A DNA stretch of 58,540 bases, filler included, from Basidiobolus ranarum (Eukaryota): NCBI GenBank assembly GCA_040143965.1. It is 5 parts of 5 records of this genome, joined end to end, with 100 filler letters (N's around TTAATTAATTAA, not from the genome) between each part and the next. Parts side by side here need not be neighbours in the genome. Positions count along the whole stretch, not along the records: positions 23,499 to 35,136 come from JASJQH010000600.1; 4 more parts are not named here. One strand, given 5' to 3'. Numbering within the stretch: position 1 is the stretch's first letter; each line of letters starts with the position of its first letter. The translations under genes were made by a program, and so were the position numbers. Below are positions 24,399-34,351 of this stretch, piece by piece. A model generated the notes under the pieces. That model saw only the letters and a program-made list of their open reading frames with translations. It was not told the DNA's origin and searched no databases.

Positions 24399-25528
24399 AT
24401 GAACGTATTATTACACCAGACTATCTTCCTTCTCACAGGTGTATTTCAAACACTTTCAACACAATGGCTTTTCTATCAAGGAGCTGCTGATAAATTATCT
24501 TTTCTCACTATTGGTGCGAATTATATTGGTATGGTACTTGTAAACTATATTGTTCCACGTCAAGAGAAATCACGTCCAGTTACGAATAGTCCGTTCCCTT
24601 GGTTGTCTGTTTTATGGGTGGCCTTTTTCGACTTTTTTGCGAACGTTTTTGCCACAGCTGGGTTATTCTTGGTTGGAAGTGGGGTTAGTTTGGATTTCTC
24701 TGATGGCTCTTGTTAAGAAAAGTAAACCATTGGGTACTGTAAGATTAACCTTGACTCTTCACTCTTTAGGTATTTCAGGTGATTTATTCTTCAGTGGTGG
24801 TGTTTACCGCGTTATTGTCCAGAGTATTCTTGAAACGAAATCTTTCACCCTTCCAATGGTTATCACTTTTGGTCATCACCCTAGGTCTTGGTTTAAGTGC
24901 ACTTGGAAGCTCTAACACTGGTGATAGCAGTGGTAAGTGTCTATACATATATATATGCTCTGTTCATTTGTTCTTATACTATTTTTCTATAGAAATTATC
25001 ACGGGTTCCTCCCTAGTATTTGGTTGTACACTTTTATTTGCAAGTGTTTACGTTTTGAACGAAAAGATTGTCTCTAAGCCTGGAGCACCCAGTCCCGAAG
25101 AAGTTTGCTCTTGGGTTGGAACCACTGCAGGTAGTTTGTGTTGGGTATACATTATCGCATATACAGTACCACGTTGGAATACTCTCGTGGTAGGACCCAT
25201 TGAACTACATGGAGGGAATAACATACAAATAGTCATTTGTTATGGTCTACTCATATTAGCTAGTTTCGGACATAGCTTTACATATTATAGACTTTTGGGG
25301 TCAGTGGGTGCGGTAAGTACTGGAGTTCTTCAAGCATTAAGAGCTATCTCGGTCTTTATCGCTAGTTCATTCGCATTTTGCTCATTTGATTCACATCAAT
25401 GCTTCACTAAAGAGAAAGGTATCTCCACTGCAGTGGTGGTCCTGGGAGTTACCGCTTTCTTTTGGATTAGTTCAACATCTACCTCTAAGATCACTAAATA
25501 TGATAAAGTGGAATCCATTGATCCATGA
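24399..25528 (+). CDS. Drug/metabolite transporter superfamily (SLC35/nucleotide-sugar transporter-like) membrane protein, 2 introns
   Basis: About 10 TM segments; FDFFANVFATAGLFLVGSG..FQVIYSSVVVFTALLSRVFLKRNLSPFQW; SAVSTGVL-like motif (GAVSTGVLQALRAISVF). Confidence 0.8.
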
Positions 25529-25713
25529 TTTGTAATGTAGAAATAGATTCAACCCGTTGGAATATATACATACACCTACACCCGCACCCATGCTCACCTT
25601 AACATCCCCCACCCTTACTCTTCAGTTGAAATTGATAAACCATGGGATTATTATCATGTTCATAATTTATTAATAAGTTAAATCGGTTCAAAGTGATCTC
25701 GATTCTATCGAAT

Positions 25714-26922
25714 TTATTTCTTCTTGGGTGCAGTGAGAGTACCAATTTGGAAATGAACGATATCACCATCACGTACGATATAAGTCTTTCCTTCAATACG
25801 ATACTTTCCGGCAGCTTTAATGGCAGCCATTCCTTTCTGTCCATTACAAAGACTTTTGTAGTCATCATAAGAGACAATCTCAGCCTTGACGAAAGCCTTT
25901 TGGAAGTCAGTGTGGATAACACTGGCTGCTTCAGGGGCAGGAGCACCATTGTACACGGTCCAAGCACGAACTTCCTTTTCACCAGTGGTGAAGAAGTAAA
26001 TCAAATTAAGGGCCTTGTATCCGGTAGTGATCATCTTAGGAAGGGCAGTGTTAACACCAGTTTCCTTGATGAACTTCTCTTTCTCTTCGGGATCATCTCT
26101 AAGAGCCCATAATTGTTGTTCGTAATCTACAGAGAAGGGGATCATAATACCACCACCATGTTCATCAATCCAGTTACGAATCTTAAGAAGCCACTTGTTC
26201 TTCTTTCTAACATAATCAGCTTGACTCATATTAACAAGATAAACGATGGGCTTAGTGGTGATAAGACTGGATTTCTCATTGATAAGTTCCACTTCTGCTG
26301 AAGACCATTCTCCACTACGTACTGGAATGGTATTCTCCAACATGTTCACAATCTTATCCATGGTGCTGTGGAAGATGGGAGATAACTTGAGCTTTCCTCC
26401 TGATTTACGAATGGCCAATTCTTCGGCTTGAATGGCCTTTTTGACAATTTCCAAATCCTTCTTACAAAGTTCCCCTTGGATAGTCTCCAAATCACGAATA
26501 GGATCAATGTTATCATCCACATGAACAATATCTCCATCTTCAAATACTCGGATAACATGATAAATACCATCCACAGCTTGAATATGCGACAAGAAAGCGT
26601 TACCAAGACCAGCACCTTCACTAGCACCCCTGATCAAACCAGCAATATCAGTGACAAAAAGATAGGCAGGTTGGGTGGAAGGTGGCTTCCAAAGGTTGCA
26701 AAGAAAGTCATAACGTTCATCAGGTACTGGGCAACGAGCTTCATTAGGTTCAATAGTACAAAAAGGGAAGTTCTCGGCGGCAGCAGATTGAGAAGTTAAA
26801 AGATTGAATAAACTGGACTTTCCTACGTTGGGAAGACCAACAACCCCCATCTTAAGGTTGTTCTTAACACGACCGAAACGTGCGGTACTGGTTTCAACCG
26901 GGGCAGCTTTCTTGGGTGGCAT
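25714..26922 (-). CDS. OLA1: Obg-like ATPase OLA1/YchF, intronless
   Basis: MPPKK start; GLPNVGKS, NFPFCTIEPN, DIAGL, GLGNAFLSHI; TGS domain with EVRAWT..APEAASVIHTDF..YIVRDGDI. Confidence 0.96.
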   Translation of the reverse strand: MPPKKAAPVETSTARFGRVKNNLKMGVVGLPNVGKSSLFNLLTSQSAAAENFPFCTIEPNEARCPVPDERYDFLCNLWKPPSTQPAYLFVTDIAGLIRGASEGAGLGNAFLSHIQAVDGIYHVIRVFEDGDIVHVDDNIDPIRDLETIQGELCKKDLEIVKKAIQAEELAIRKSGGKLKLSPIFHSTMDKIVNMLENTIPVRSGEWSSAEVELINEKSSLITTKPIVYLVNMSQADYVRKKNKWLLKIRNWIDEHGGGIMIPFSVDYEQQLWALRDDPEEKEKFIKETGVNTALPKMITTGYKALNLIYFFTTGEKEVRAWTVYNGAPAPEAASVIHTDFQKAFVKAEIVSYDDYKSLCNGQKGMAAIKAAGKYRIEGKTYIVRDGDIVHFQIGTLTAPKKK

Positions 26923-27574
26923 GGTGAAAGGAAGAGTGAGTTTCAAAAAGAGAAGAAAAAACCTCTTTATGAAAGAAAGGAAGGTCGATTCGTATCGTGC
27001 CCATTTACGATACTCCAAAATTATCCCACTTTTTCATGGGGAATTTTTTTTCTTGCTCACTTTGGTGGTAAAAAAAATTGGAAAACTTAATACGAGTTAT
27101 GAGTCGTTACTCCCCTAAATCATCTATCTCTTAGGGCTATATCGGCCAATCCAGGTTCCTTGGATGGTCCCAATGGATCGCTCTGGAACCAGGGTAGGTC
27201 CGACCCTTGTTCAGAACTAAAATCAATGCTTCTATCTAAAATTCCCCCTCGCAACCAATGTCAACATATCTTTATATTCAAATCTATATGCGATCACTGA
27301 TAAATAGAATTAAGTAATTTACATTTGAAGGGATCGGCCAGGGATATGAAGATAACAATCCAAACAAATATCGTGGTGATAGAGTTGGAACTCATGGATG
27401 GATGATGGGTGGTTAGGGTTAGGGTTGGTGTGAGTGGTGATCAATTTCCGCCAGATGAAAAGGTACGTTGTATGTGTTCTTGGGGAGGGTGAGGCAAATA
27501 GGTCAAATATACGTTACAAGCTGAACGGGATCACCGCAAGAGAAATAACGGGTCATTCTATCTTCATATAAGTA

Positions 27575-30034
27575 CTATGGTTGGGTGGGAACGGGAGTAT
27601 CCGGATGCGTGGTCACTTCTGGGATCGACTTCTCACAACCAAATCGTTTACGTAGAGAGTCGTATTGTCGCTTGTCAGTTTTGGATACTGAAGGGGCAAC
27701 TTTGGAGAATGCAACTTCAAAGTGTTGCTTGCTAATTCTTACTTCTTCCGCCGCCTCAATAGGAGCAAAAGTACCCCCAGCATAGAAAGTACTACGAAGA
27801 GCGGCCACTGCCGATTCGCGTACTAAGGAGGCTAAATCAGCACCACTAAATCCTCCGCATCTAGCATCAAAGGCGATCTCCTCGAAATTGACTGTCTCAT
27901 CAAGGGGTGTCTTCTTAGCCAAAGTCTTGAGGATCTCGGAGCGCTCTTCAGGTGTTGGTAACTCTACGTAGAGTAGCTTATCCAATCTACCTGGACGTAG
28001 CATAGCTGGATCAATAATATCTGGTCGATTGGTAGCTGCGATAACAAATACTTGGGCACGATTCTCAACTCCATCTAGCTCAGTTAACAAGGTATTGACT
28101 ACTCTAGCGGAGGCCTCAGATTGAGAGTCATCACGACGAGCACACAAAGCATCCAGTTCATCGAAAAACACAATACAAGGGGAAGAAGCTCTGGCTCTGG
28201 CAAATACTTGTCTTACAGCTCTCTCACTCTCTCCCACATACTTGTTGAGTAACTCGGGTCCTTTAACGGAGATAAAGTTCGTATGACTCTCATTAGCGAC
28301 AGCCTTTGCTAACAGAGTTTTACCACATCCAGGAGGCCCCCATAAAAGCACACCAGCGGGTGCATTGATACCCACACGGATGAAGAACTCGGGATGTTTG
28401 ATGGGTTCAACCACTGCCATACGAAGCTCATCACGGACGTATTGCAAAGCACCAATCTCATCCCAGGTGACATCAGGAACTGTAGCAAACCCTTCACGTT
28501 TAGAAGAAGGCTGAATCTTGGTGAGAGCTTCTCTAAAGTCATCCATGTTGATCGAAAGAGGCTCCAACTCTTCAGGGGTCAATGGATTGGGATGCGTAGC
28601 TAAGAAAGAGGAGATGGATCTAAGCTTCTCCAGCGCTTCCTTCGTCTCCAGTTTTTCAGTTCCGATTACTTGTAACTCCTCAACTGTGCGTTCAATGTCA
28701 ACCTCCATTTTGGATTCATCTCCCTTGTCCTCCTCATTAATAGCCAGCTGAACCATCTGAGCCTGCATCGTTTTGAAGATACGACGAACAGCAACCATAC
28801 CAGCAGCACAAGTTAACGAATTCAAATCAGCACCAACGTAACCAGGAGTCATCTTGGCCAACATATGGAAATCAAAGTCTCCAGATAATCGCAACTTTTC
28901 GGACAAAACACGCAAGATCTTCTCTCTAGCCTCTTCATCAGGAACATTGAGGCAAATCTCTCTATCAAATCGACCAGCACGACGCAATGCAGAATCTAGT
29001 GAGTCGGGTCTATTCGTAGCACCAATAATGAGCACCGCCTTGTTGTTTGTCTTATCTAAGGATAGATCGTCCATACAAGTCAGGAGCTGAGCTACGATTC
29101 TTCTTTCCATCTCACGTTGAGCATTCTCTCGCTTAGGTGTGATAGCATCAATCTCATCGATGAACATAATGCATGGGGCTATCTCAGCAGCTTCTTGAAA
29201 GATATCTCGGATCTTCTTCTCTGATTCACCAGACATTCCTGAAACAACGGATGGCGCAGAAATAGTAAGGAATGGAACACCCATCTCACCAGCAATAGCA
29301 TTCGCCAAAAGAGTTTTACCACAGCCTGGTGGGCCATGAAGGAGAATTCCTCTAGGTGGTTGTACACCAGTGTGTATGTAAACTTCTGGATGAGCAAGTG
29401 GCATGGCAATCAACTCTAAAACCTCCTCAATACATGATTCAACTCCACCGAGATCCGCAAGACGAGCCGTGGGAGCAGCATATTTCTCGTTTCTATCTTG
29501 AGATTTGGATCTTTTGGTGTCTCTATCGGTGGTATTACGGGGTCTTCTTTTTTTACTTTGAGGAGTTTGAGTAGGTTCGAGGGCTTGATCTGACTCAATT
29601 ACTTGAGAAACTTCGGATTTGGGAGAGGAAGGTGCACTAGCCATATGTTGACTCCAAATATTCAAGATGGACTTATTCAAAGCATTGCCATCCTTTACTT
29701 CCATGGTCTTAACACCCTTCAAATCTTCAAAATCGGAGTCTGCTGAAGGCTCCTCACTTACCTCGGGCTCTTCCTCAGCCGGAGGAGTAGGTTCGGTCTC
29801 TTGAGTAGACTTCATATGGTTCAATACATTACTAACGATTTTTTCTAGGTTATTCCGCTTCATACGTCTCATACCAAAATCAGCACTTTGAAGATAGTCA
29901 GTTGCGGAATATAAGTCAATCGCTTCTATGACAAGATTATTGATAGACTGATATTCTTCGATATAACGTAACGTTTTACGTTCAAGATCATTACTCAAAC
30001 TTGACTTCTGCTTGCGCCCTTTACTTCCACCCAT
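27575..30034 (-). CDS. RIX7: Type II AAA-ATPase Rix7/NVL (60S ribosome biogenesis), intronless
   Basis: Two AAA domains, each with GPPGCGKT; VSGMSGESE pore loop; KRENAQREMERRIVAQLLTCMDD; QPSSKREGFATVPDVTW. Confidence 0.96.
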   Translation of the reverse strand: MGGSKGRKQKSSLSNDLERKTLRYIEEYQSINNLVIEAIDLYSATDYLQSADFGMRRMKRNNLEKIVSNVLNHMKSTQETEPTPPAEEEPEVSEEPSADSDFEDLKGVKTMEVKDGNALNKSILNIWSQHMASAPSSPKSEVSQVIESDQALEPTQTPQSKKRRPRNTTDRDTKRSKSQDRNEKYAAPTARLADLGGVESCIEEVLELIAMPLAHPEVYIHTGVQPPRGILLHGPPGCGKTLLANAIAGEMGVPFLTISAPSVVSGMSGESEKKIRDIFQEAAEIAPCIMFIDEIDAITPKRENAQREMERRIVAQLLTCMDDLSLDKTNNKAVLIIGATNRPDSLDSALRRAGRFDREICLNVPDEEAREKILRVLSEKLRLSGDFDFHMLAKMTPGYVGADLNSLTCAAGMVAVRRIFKTMQAQMVQLAINEEDKGDESKMEVDIERTVEELQVIGTEKLETKEALEKLRSISSFLATHPNPLTPEELEPLSINMDDFREALTKIQPSSKREGFATVPDVTWDEIGALQYVRDELRMAVVEPIKHPEFFIRVGINAPAGVLLWGPPGCGKTLLAKAVANESHTNFISVKGPELLNKYVGESERAVRQVFARARASSPCIVFFDELDALCARRDDSQSEASARVVNTLLTELDGVENRAQVFVIAATNRPDIIDPAMLRPGRLDKLLYVELPTPEERSEILKTLAKKTPLDETVNFEEIAFDARCGGFSGADLASLVRESAVAALRSTFYAGGTFAPIEAAEEVRISKQHFEVAFSKVAPSVSKTDKRQYDSLRKRFGCEKSIPEVTTHPDTPVPTQP

Positions 30035-30556
30035 GTTTATACAAGTGAAACTGGGTTAAAAGAATAAAAACGTTAAAGAAACACTGGATTACTTTCAATT
30101 CGGTTAATTAAAAAAATGTCTACGATATTATTAATCTATTAGTTAATAGAAAAGTTTTTTTTTTTCTTTTCTCTTTTGGTTAGTGAATTATTCATTCTCG
30201 AAAATGGAAGGTGGGAAATTTTTAACGGATTGGAATGTTTGAAAATTGAAGGTAACATAATGCATATCTATTATCTATTTGAAAACAGCTAAACTAATCA
30301 ACTGAGCTAAGTTTAACTAACTCTTTCTTATTCTCTTGGCATAAATAATAAATTTAAACCATTGTTTGGAATGGAATTAAACCAATTTGCGTTTCCATTA
30401 AGTCAGATGAGAAAATATTTGTTACCAAGTATTCAAAGATGATACGAGCATTTCACGTCTTTAACGTGACTAGAATACTACGTATCTTAAAGCATTATCA
30501 CGTAGTAATCATTCCAAGTTAAAAAGGACCTTTATACACACTCATTCGCGCTTATC

Positions 30557-32390
30557 ATGGCAACTAATAACAAACCAATCAAGAAAGCCAGACGTCAGGT
30601 AACTTGATCTATAGTTACTAATTCTCACCCAAGGCTCTTCATTGACTCCCTTTTTTTCTTAGGCTCAACCTAACCAAGGTGGAGTTCTGAAGAAGTTTAT
30701 GGATGCTTCAGAACAACAAGGAGAATATAATATTTGGTATAATAAATATACAGGTGGAGATCGTTGGTCACGTAAAGCGTAAGTACCCCCTCTCCTCTCC
30801 CTTTCCCTTTTCGCTTCACTTTTTATTTTTGAAATTCTTTCGAGTAATCTACAGGTTACTTAAAAGATTCCTTGTTGTGATCTGAAAAGAAGTTTACTCT
30901 CAACCTTACTTTCGCTAAATACTGTTTATTATGGTTGTCCTTTACCTACCCTCTAACTGGAACTCTATATTTATAGCCGTGAAAGAGCCACTACTAGATG
31001 CAATATTGAGAGAGATACTGGTATCACTAAAGGAGCAGAAATGGGGGAACAGACATGTTTCTGTTGGCATTTTGCCAAAGGATTTTGTGTTAAAGGATAT
31101 GAATGCCAATTTCTTCATAGATTACCACAAGAAGGAGATCAAGATTTAGGAAACTCAGTGGATATTTTTGGAAGAGAGAGACATGCGTAAGTTACTTAAT
31201 ACCTACGGAAGCATTCTTAAGAAATAGAAATTCAAAGTTTATTTTCTTTTAGTTCTCATCGAGATGATATGGGCGGTGTTGGTTCGTTTAACTCTGAATC
31301 TACTACATTGTATGTCGGTGGTATCAGTGCAAACTGTAAAAATATTGTGGTATGGTAATTTTATTTTCTCTTGAAAATTCGTTTATATAGTTAACAATTC
31401 TTTACTCCCCCCCTTCTAGGAAACTGTTCGTAAACATTTTACTGAATGGGGAGAAATCGTGGAACCTAGTATGTATTTTAATATATTCAAATCTATGCTT
31501 AATATATGTCTAAACAAATCAATAGTCAAGGTATTGTATAGCAAATACGTCGCCTTTGTCATGTATAAGCGTCGTCAGAATGCGGAATTCGCTCGTGAAG
31601 CTATGATGAATCAAAGCTTAGATAATAATGAGGTAATTTCAATGAAAGCAACCGTTGGTGATTCATTTGTTAATTTATCCATGAGTAGCTCTTAAATGTC
31701 CGTTGGGCTACTGAAGATCCCAATCCCAGAGTTCAAGAACAAAAACAGTACGACGCGGAAGAGCAACTTCTAGATGCTATGGAGAAATATCATCCTAATC
31801 TTGCTGCAGTGGTTGGAGACCCAGAACAATATTACTCTTATCATAACGAGAATAAGCGTAAAGCTGAAGCTGAAGGAGAACAAATGGTGGGTGATCCTAA
31901 ATTCGGATATACTTACCAGGAAGATACTGCCGCCCAGCAACAGTATGAAAATGATTACAATGCTTGGGCTTGGTACTATTGGCAACAACAACAGCAGCAG
32001 CCAGAAGGAGGCGCAACAAGCGAACAACCTTATGACCACTCAGCCTATCAATATTACTACGACGCTAATGGCCATTATTACGGCCATGAACAAGGTCAAG
32101 GTGCGGAGAGCGTCCCATCGGAGAACAATGTAGCACAAGATGAGGTAACACATAGTGAAGCAAAGAAGGTAAAAGTTGACCACCCTCCCCAACAACCTGA
32201 AGAGGAAGAGGAGGAAGAAGACGAGGAATATGACTTTTACTATGATCCAAACGAAGCGCAAGTATTTACTTATGAATCTAAGTCAGCTACCGGTGAACAG
32301 GAATCCGATAAAAAAGATGGCGACAAAGACGACGCTGAGACTACCCAAGAATCGTCGAAGGAGAATCCGTCTACTGAACAATCAGATTAA
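30557..32390 (+). CDS. CWC2: Pre-mRNA splicing factor Cwc2 (Torus/CCCH/RRM), multi-exon
   Basis: Spliced reading: KKARRQ..YNIWYNKYTGGDR..TRCNIERDTGITKG..FCWHFAKGFCVKGYECQFLHRLP..DIFGRERH..HRDDMGGVGSF..TLYVGGI..AEFAREAMMNQSL..LNVRWATEDPNP. Confidence 0.93.
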
Positions 32391-32682
32391 TGCCGTCTTT
32401 CGTCCTCATACAAGTTGCTCAACATAAAATGTAGATAATTTATAAATTTGTTGCATTAAACGATTGTTCTTAAAGAGAGTCTTCATGATTTTAATATCAT
32501 CTCATATATATGTATATAATGATCTATCGTATTGCTTGCGGAAATGAATGATATTTATGTACCGTACGAGCATGATGGATCAGCAACATTGTTCAAACAT
32601 GTAATGACTGACATCGTTTATGAACAAATTAAGTAATATAATGTATATTCATCAACCTTGCCAGAATAAACCTCCCAGTTAG

Positions 32683-32754
32683 GCCTGCTTAGCGCAGTGG
32701 TAGCGCGTCAGTCTCGTAAACTGAAGGTCGCCAGTTCAATCCCGGCAGTAGGCA
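32683..32754 (+). tRNA. tRNA-Thr(CGT), no intron
   Basis: Cloverleaf: GCCTGCT/AGTAGGC acceptor, GCGC/GCGC D-stem, TCAGT-CTCGTAA-ACTGA anticodon arm, GTTCAATCC B-box, oligo-T terminator just downstream. Confidence 0.9.
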
Positions 32755-32892
32755 ATTTTTTATAAATATATCGTCAAATACTACTTTCTGGAATAAATAT
32801 GATCTGTACTAGTGACAGTTTCTGTCAGATACTTTTACATTACATTAATGGCCGAATTTTCACCAATGAAATATATTACTGTAGATGAACAG

Positions 32893-32926
32893 CGAAGCTG
32901 AAGTGCTACCACTGCGTTAAGCAAGC
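32893..32926 (-). pseudogene. Inverted degenerate fragment of the 5' half of the adjacent tRNA
   Basis: Minus strand GCTTGCTTAACGCAGTGGTAGCACTTCAGCTTCG versus tRNA GCCTGCTTAGCGCAGTGGTAGCGCGTCAGTCTCG: 28/34 identical. Confidence 0.6.
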
Positions 32927-33128
32927 AGTATATCTATTTGGCGTATTTTGGGGTTATCAACATGGTGGTATCTGTTTCTTAGCTCTGTTTGATGCACAAA
33001 AATGAAGATTATTTGTTAGATGCAATGCGATTGACACGAGCACTCCTTACATTTGATATAGTATACCATTTGCTAGGCTATAAAAGAAGACCAGAATCGC
33101 TCAGTATTCATTACAATCATCACTAAAT

Positions 33129-33720
33129 ATGTTTATCAAGCCTTTGTTCACTCTTGCCGCCCTTGCCTTGATCTCTAGCACTTCTGCTTTCTCACCAGCC
33201 AAACTTATTTGTCTGGTAAACAAGGAACGGGCTAATCAAGGTGCACGACCATTGGTTCTTAGCGGGTAAATTGTTCATCTCCTAATGCATAACCCTCTAC
33301 ACACGGGATTAATCTGTCACTTTATTAGGGAATTGAGTGATGTTTGCCAGCGCCATTCACGTATGCAAGCACAGTATAACAAAATGACTCACGATAGGTA
33401 CGATCATTCGCCAATGGATAAAGCTATCAATGAACATGGCCTTAAATGGTCTCAGTACGGAGAGAACGTAGCTCGCGGACAAGAGAGTGAAGAAGTGGTT
33501 ATGAATGTATGGATGCATTCACCACGTAAGTAACAATAGTGCTTCATTTGTGTAATCTCTACCATTTACTAATATAATTGTTCCAAAATTAGCACATCGT
33601 CGTAATATCCTTAATCCAAGCTTTACACATATGGGAGCTGCAGTAGCACAACCAGGTAACTATTGGACCCAGGGATTCGCTACACTTCCTGGAGTTTGGA
33701 ATGCACCAGTTTGCCCTTGA
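33129..33720 (+). CDS. Small secreted CAP/SCP/PR-1 domain protein, 2 introns
   Basis: Signal peptide MFIKPLFTLAALALISSTSA; CLVNKERANQG; YGENVARGQESEEVVMNVWMHSP-HRRNILNPSFTHMG..YWTQGF. Confidence 0.9.
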
Positions 33721-34351
33721 AGATGAACTTTGTTCGCGAACCGCTAGAGTATACTTATACCTATAAATGATGATATCCAACTTCAATTGAAATATTATGA
33801 ATAAACCAACAATGCCTATAGAAATATATACTAAATATGACTGCTTCCATTTTCACTTCTTAATCGGTGCTAGACTCAACCTCGTTTATATTGACCCACA
33901 TGCATAATCAATCAACGTTGTACTTCTTGACAGTTCCTTGAATAGGAGTTTGTTTGGAGTTTGAAAATGTTTCAAGTAAATACAAATGAAGAATTCGTTC
34001 AGGAATATTTCGAACAAACTTTTTATATTGGAATATTTTTCTGTTCAGAATGTTCAGATTAATAAATTCATAAATGAAGTGGTTGAAATTTGAAGTGGTT
34101 GAAATTTTTAAATGTTTGGATCAGAAATTTCACTCGAGTTTTAATTTATACTCTTCATCCATAATGTATATATATTTTATTCGAGAGTAGAGAGAATTAT
34201 GTGACCAACAAATGATGTGTAGTGGCGTCATTCATTCGCATATTCAATGGACATGAGTGGAAAGGGAGCTATGTATATTTTATTTTTTGTCTCTAACAGA
34301 AAGGAAATTGTACAATGGCAAGGGAAAGGTGATAGCATGTAGAGTGCCTCA

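Noticed and set aside
25599..29598. Numerous short ORFs overlapping OLA1 and RIX7
   Set aside because: Antisense or alternate-frame shadows of conserved coding sequence
34075..34107. TGAAGTGGTTGAAATT twice in tandem, and similar two-copy micro-duplications near 53975, 56547 and 57124
   Set aside because: Only two units each, no regular spacers; ordinary slippage duplications, not CRISPR-like arrays
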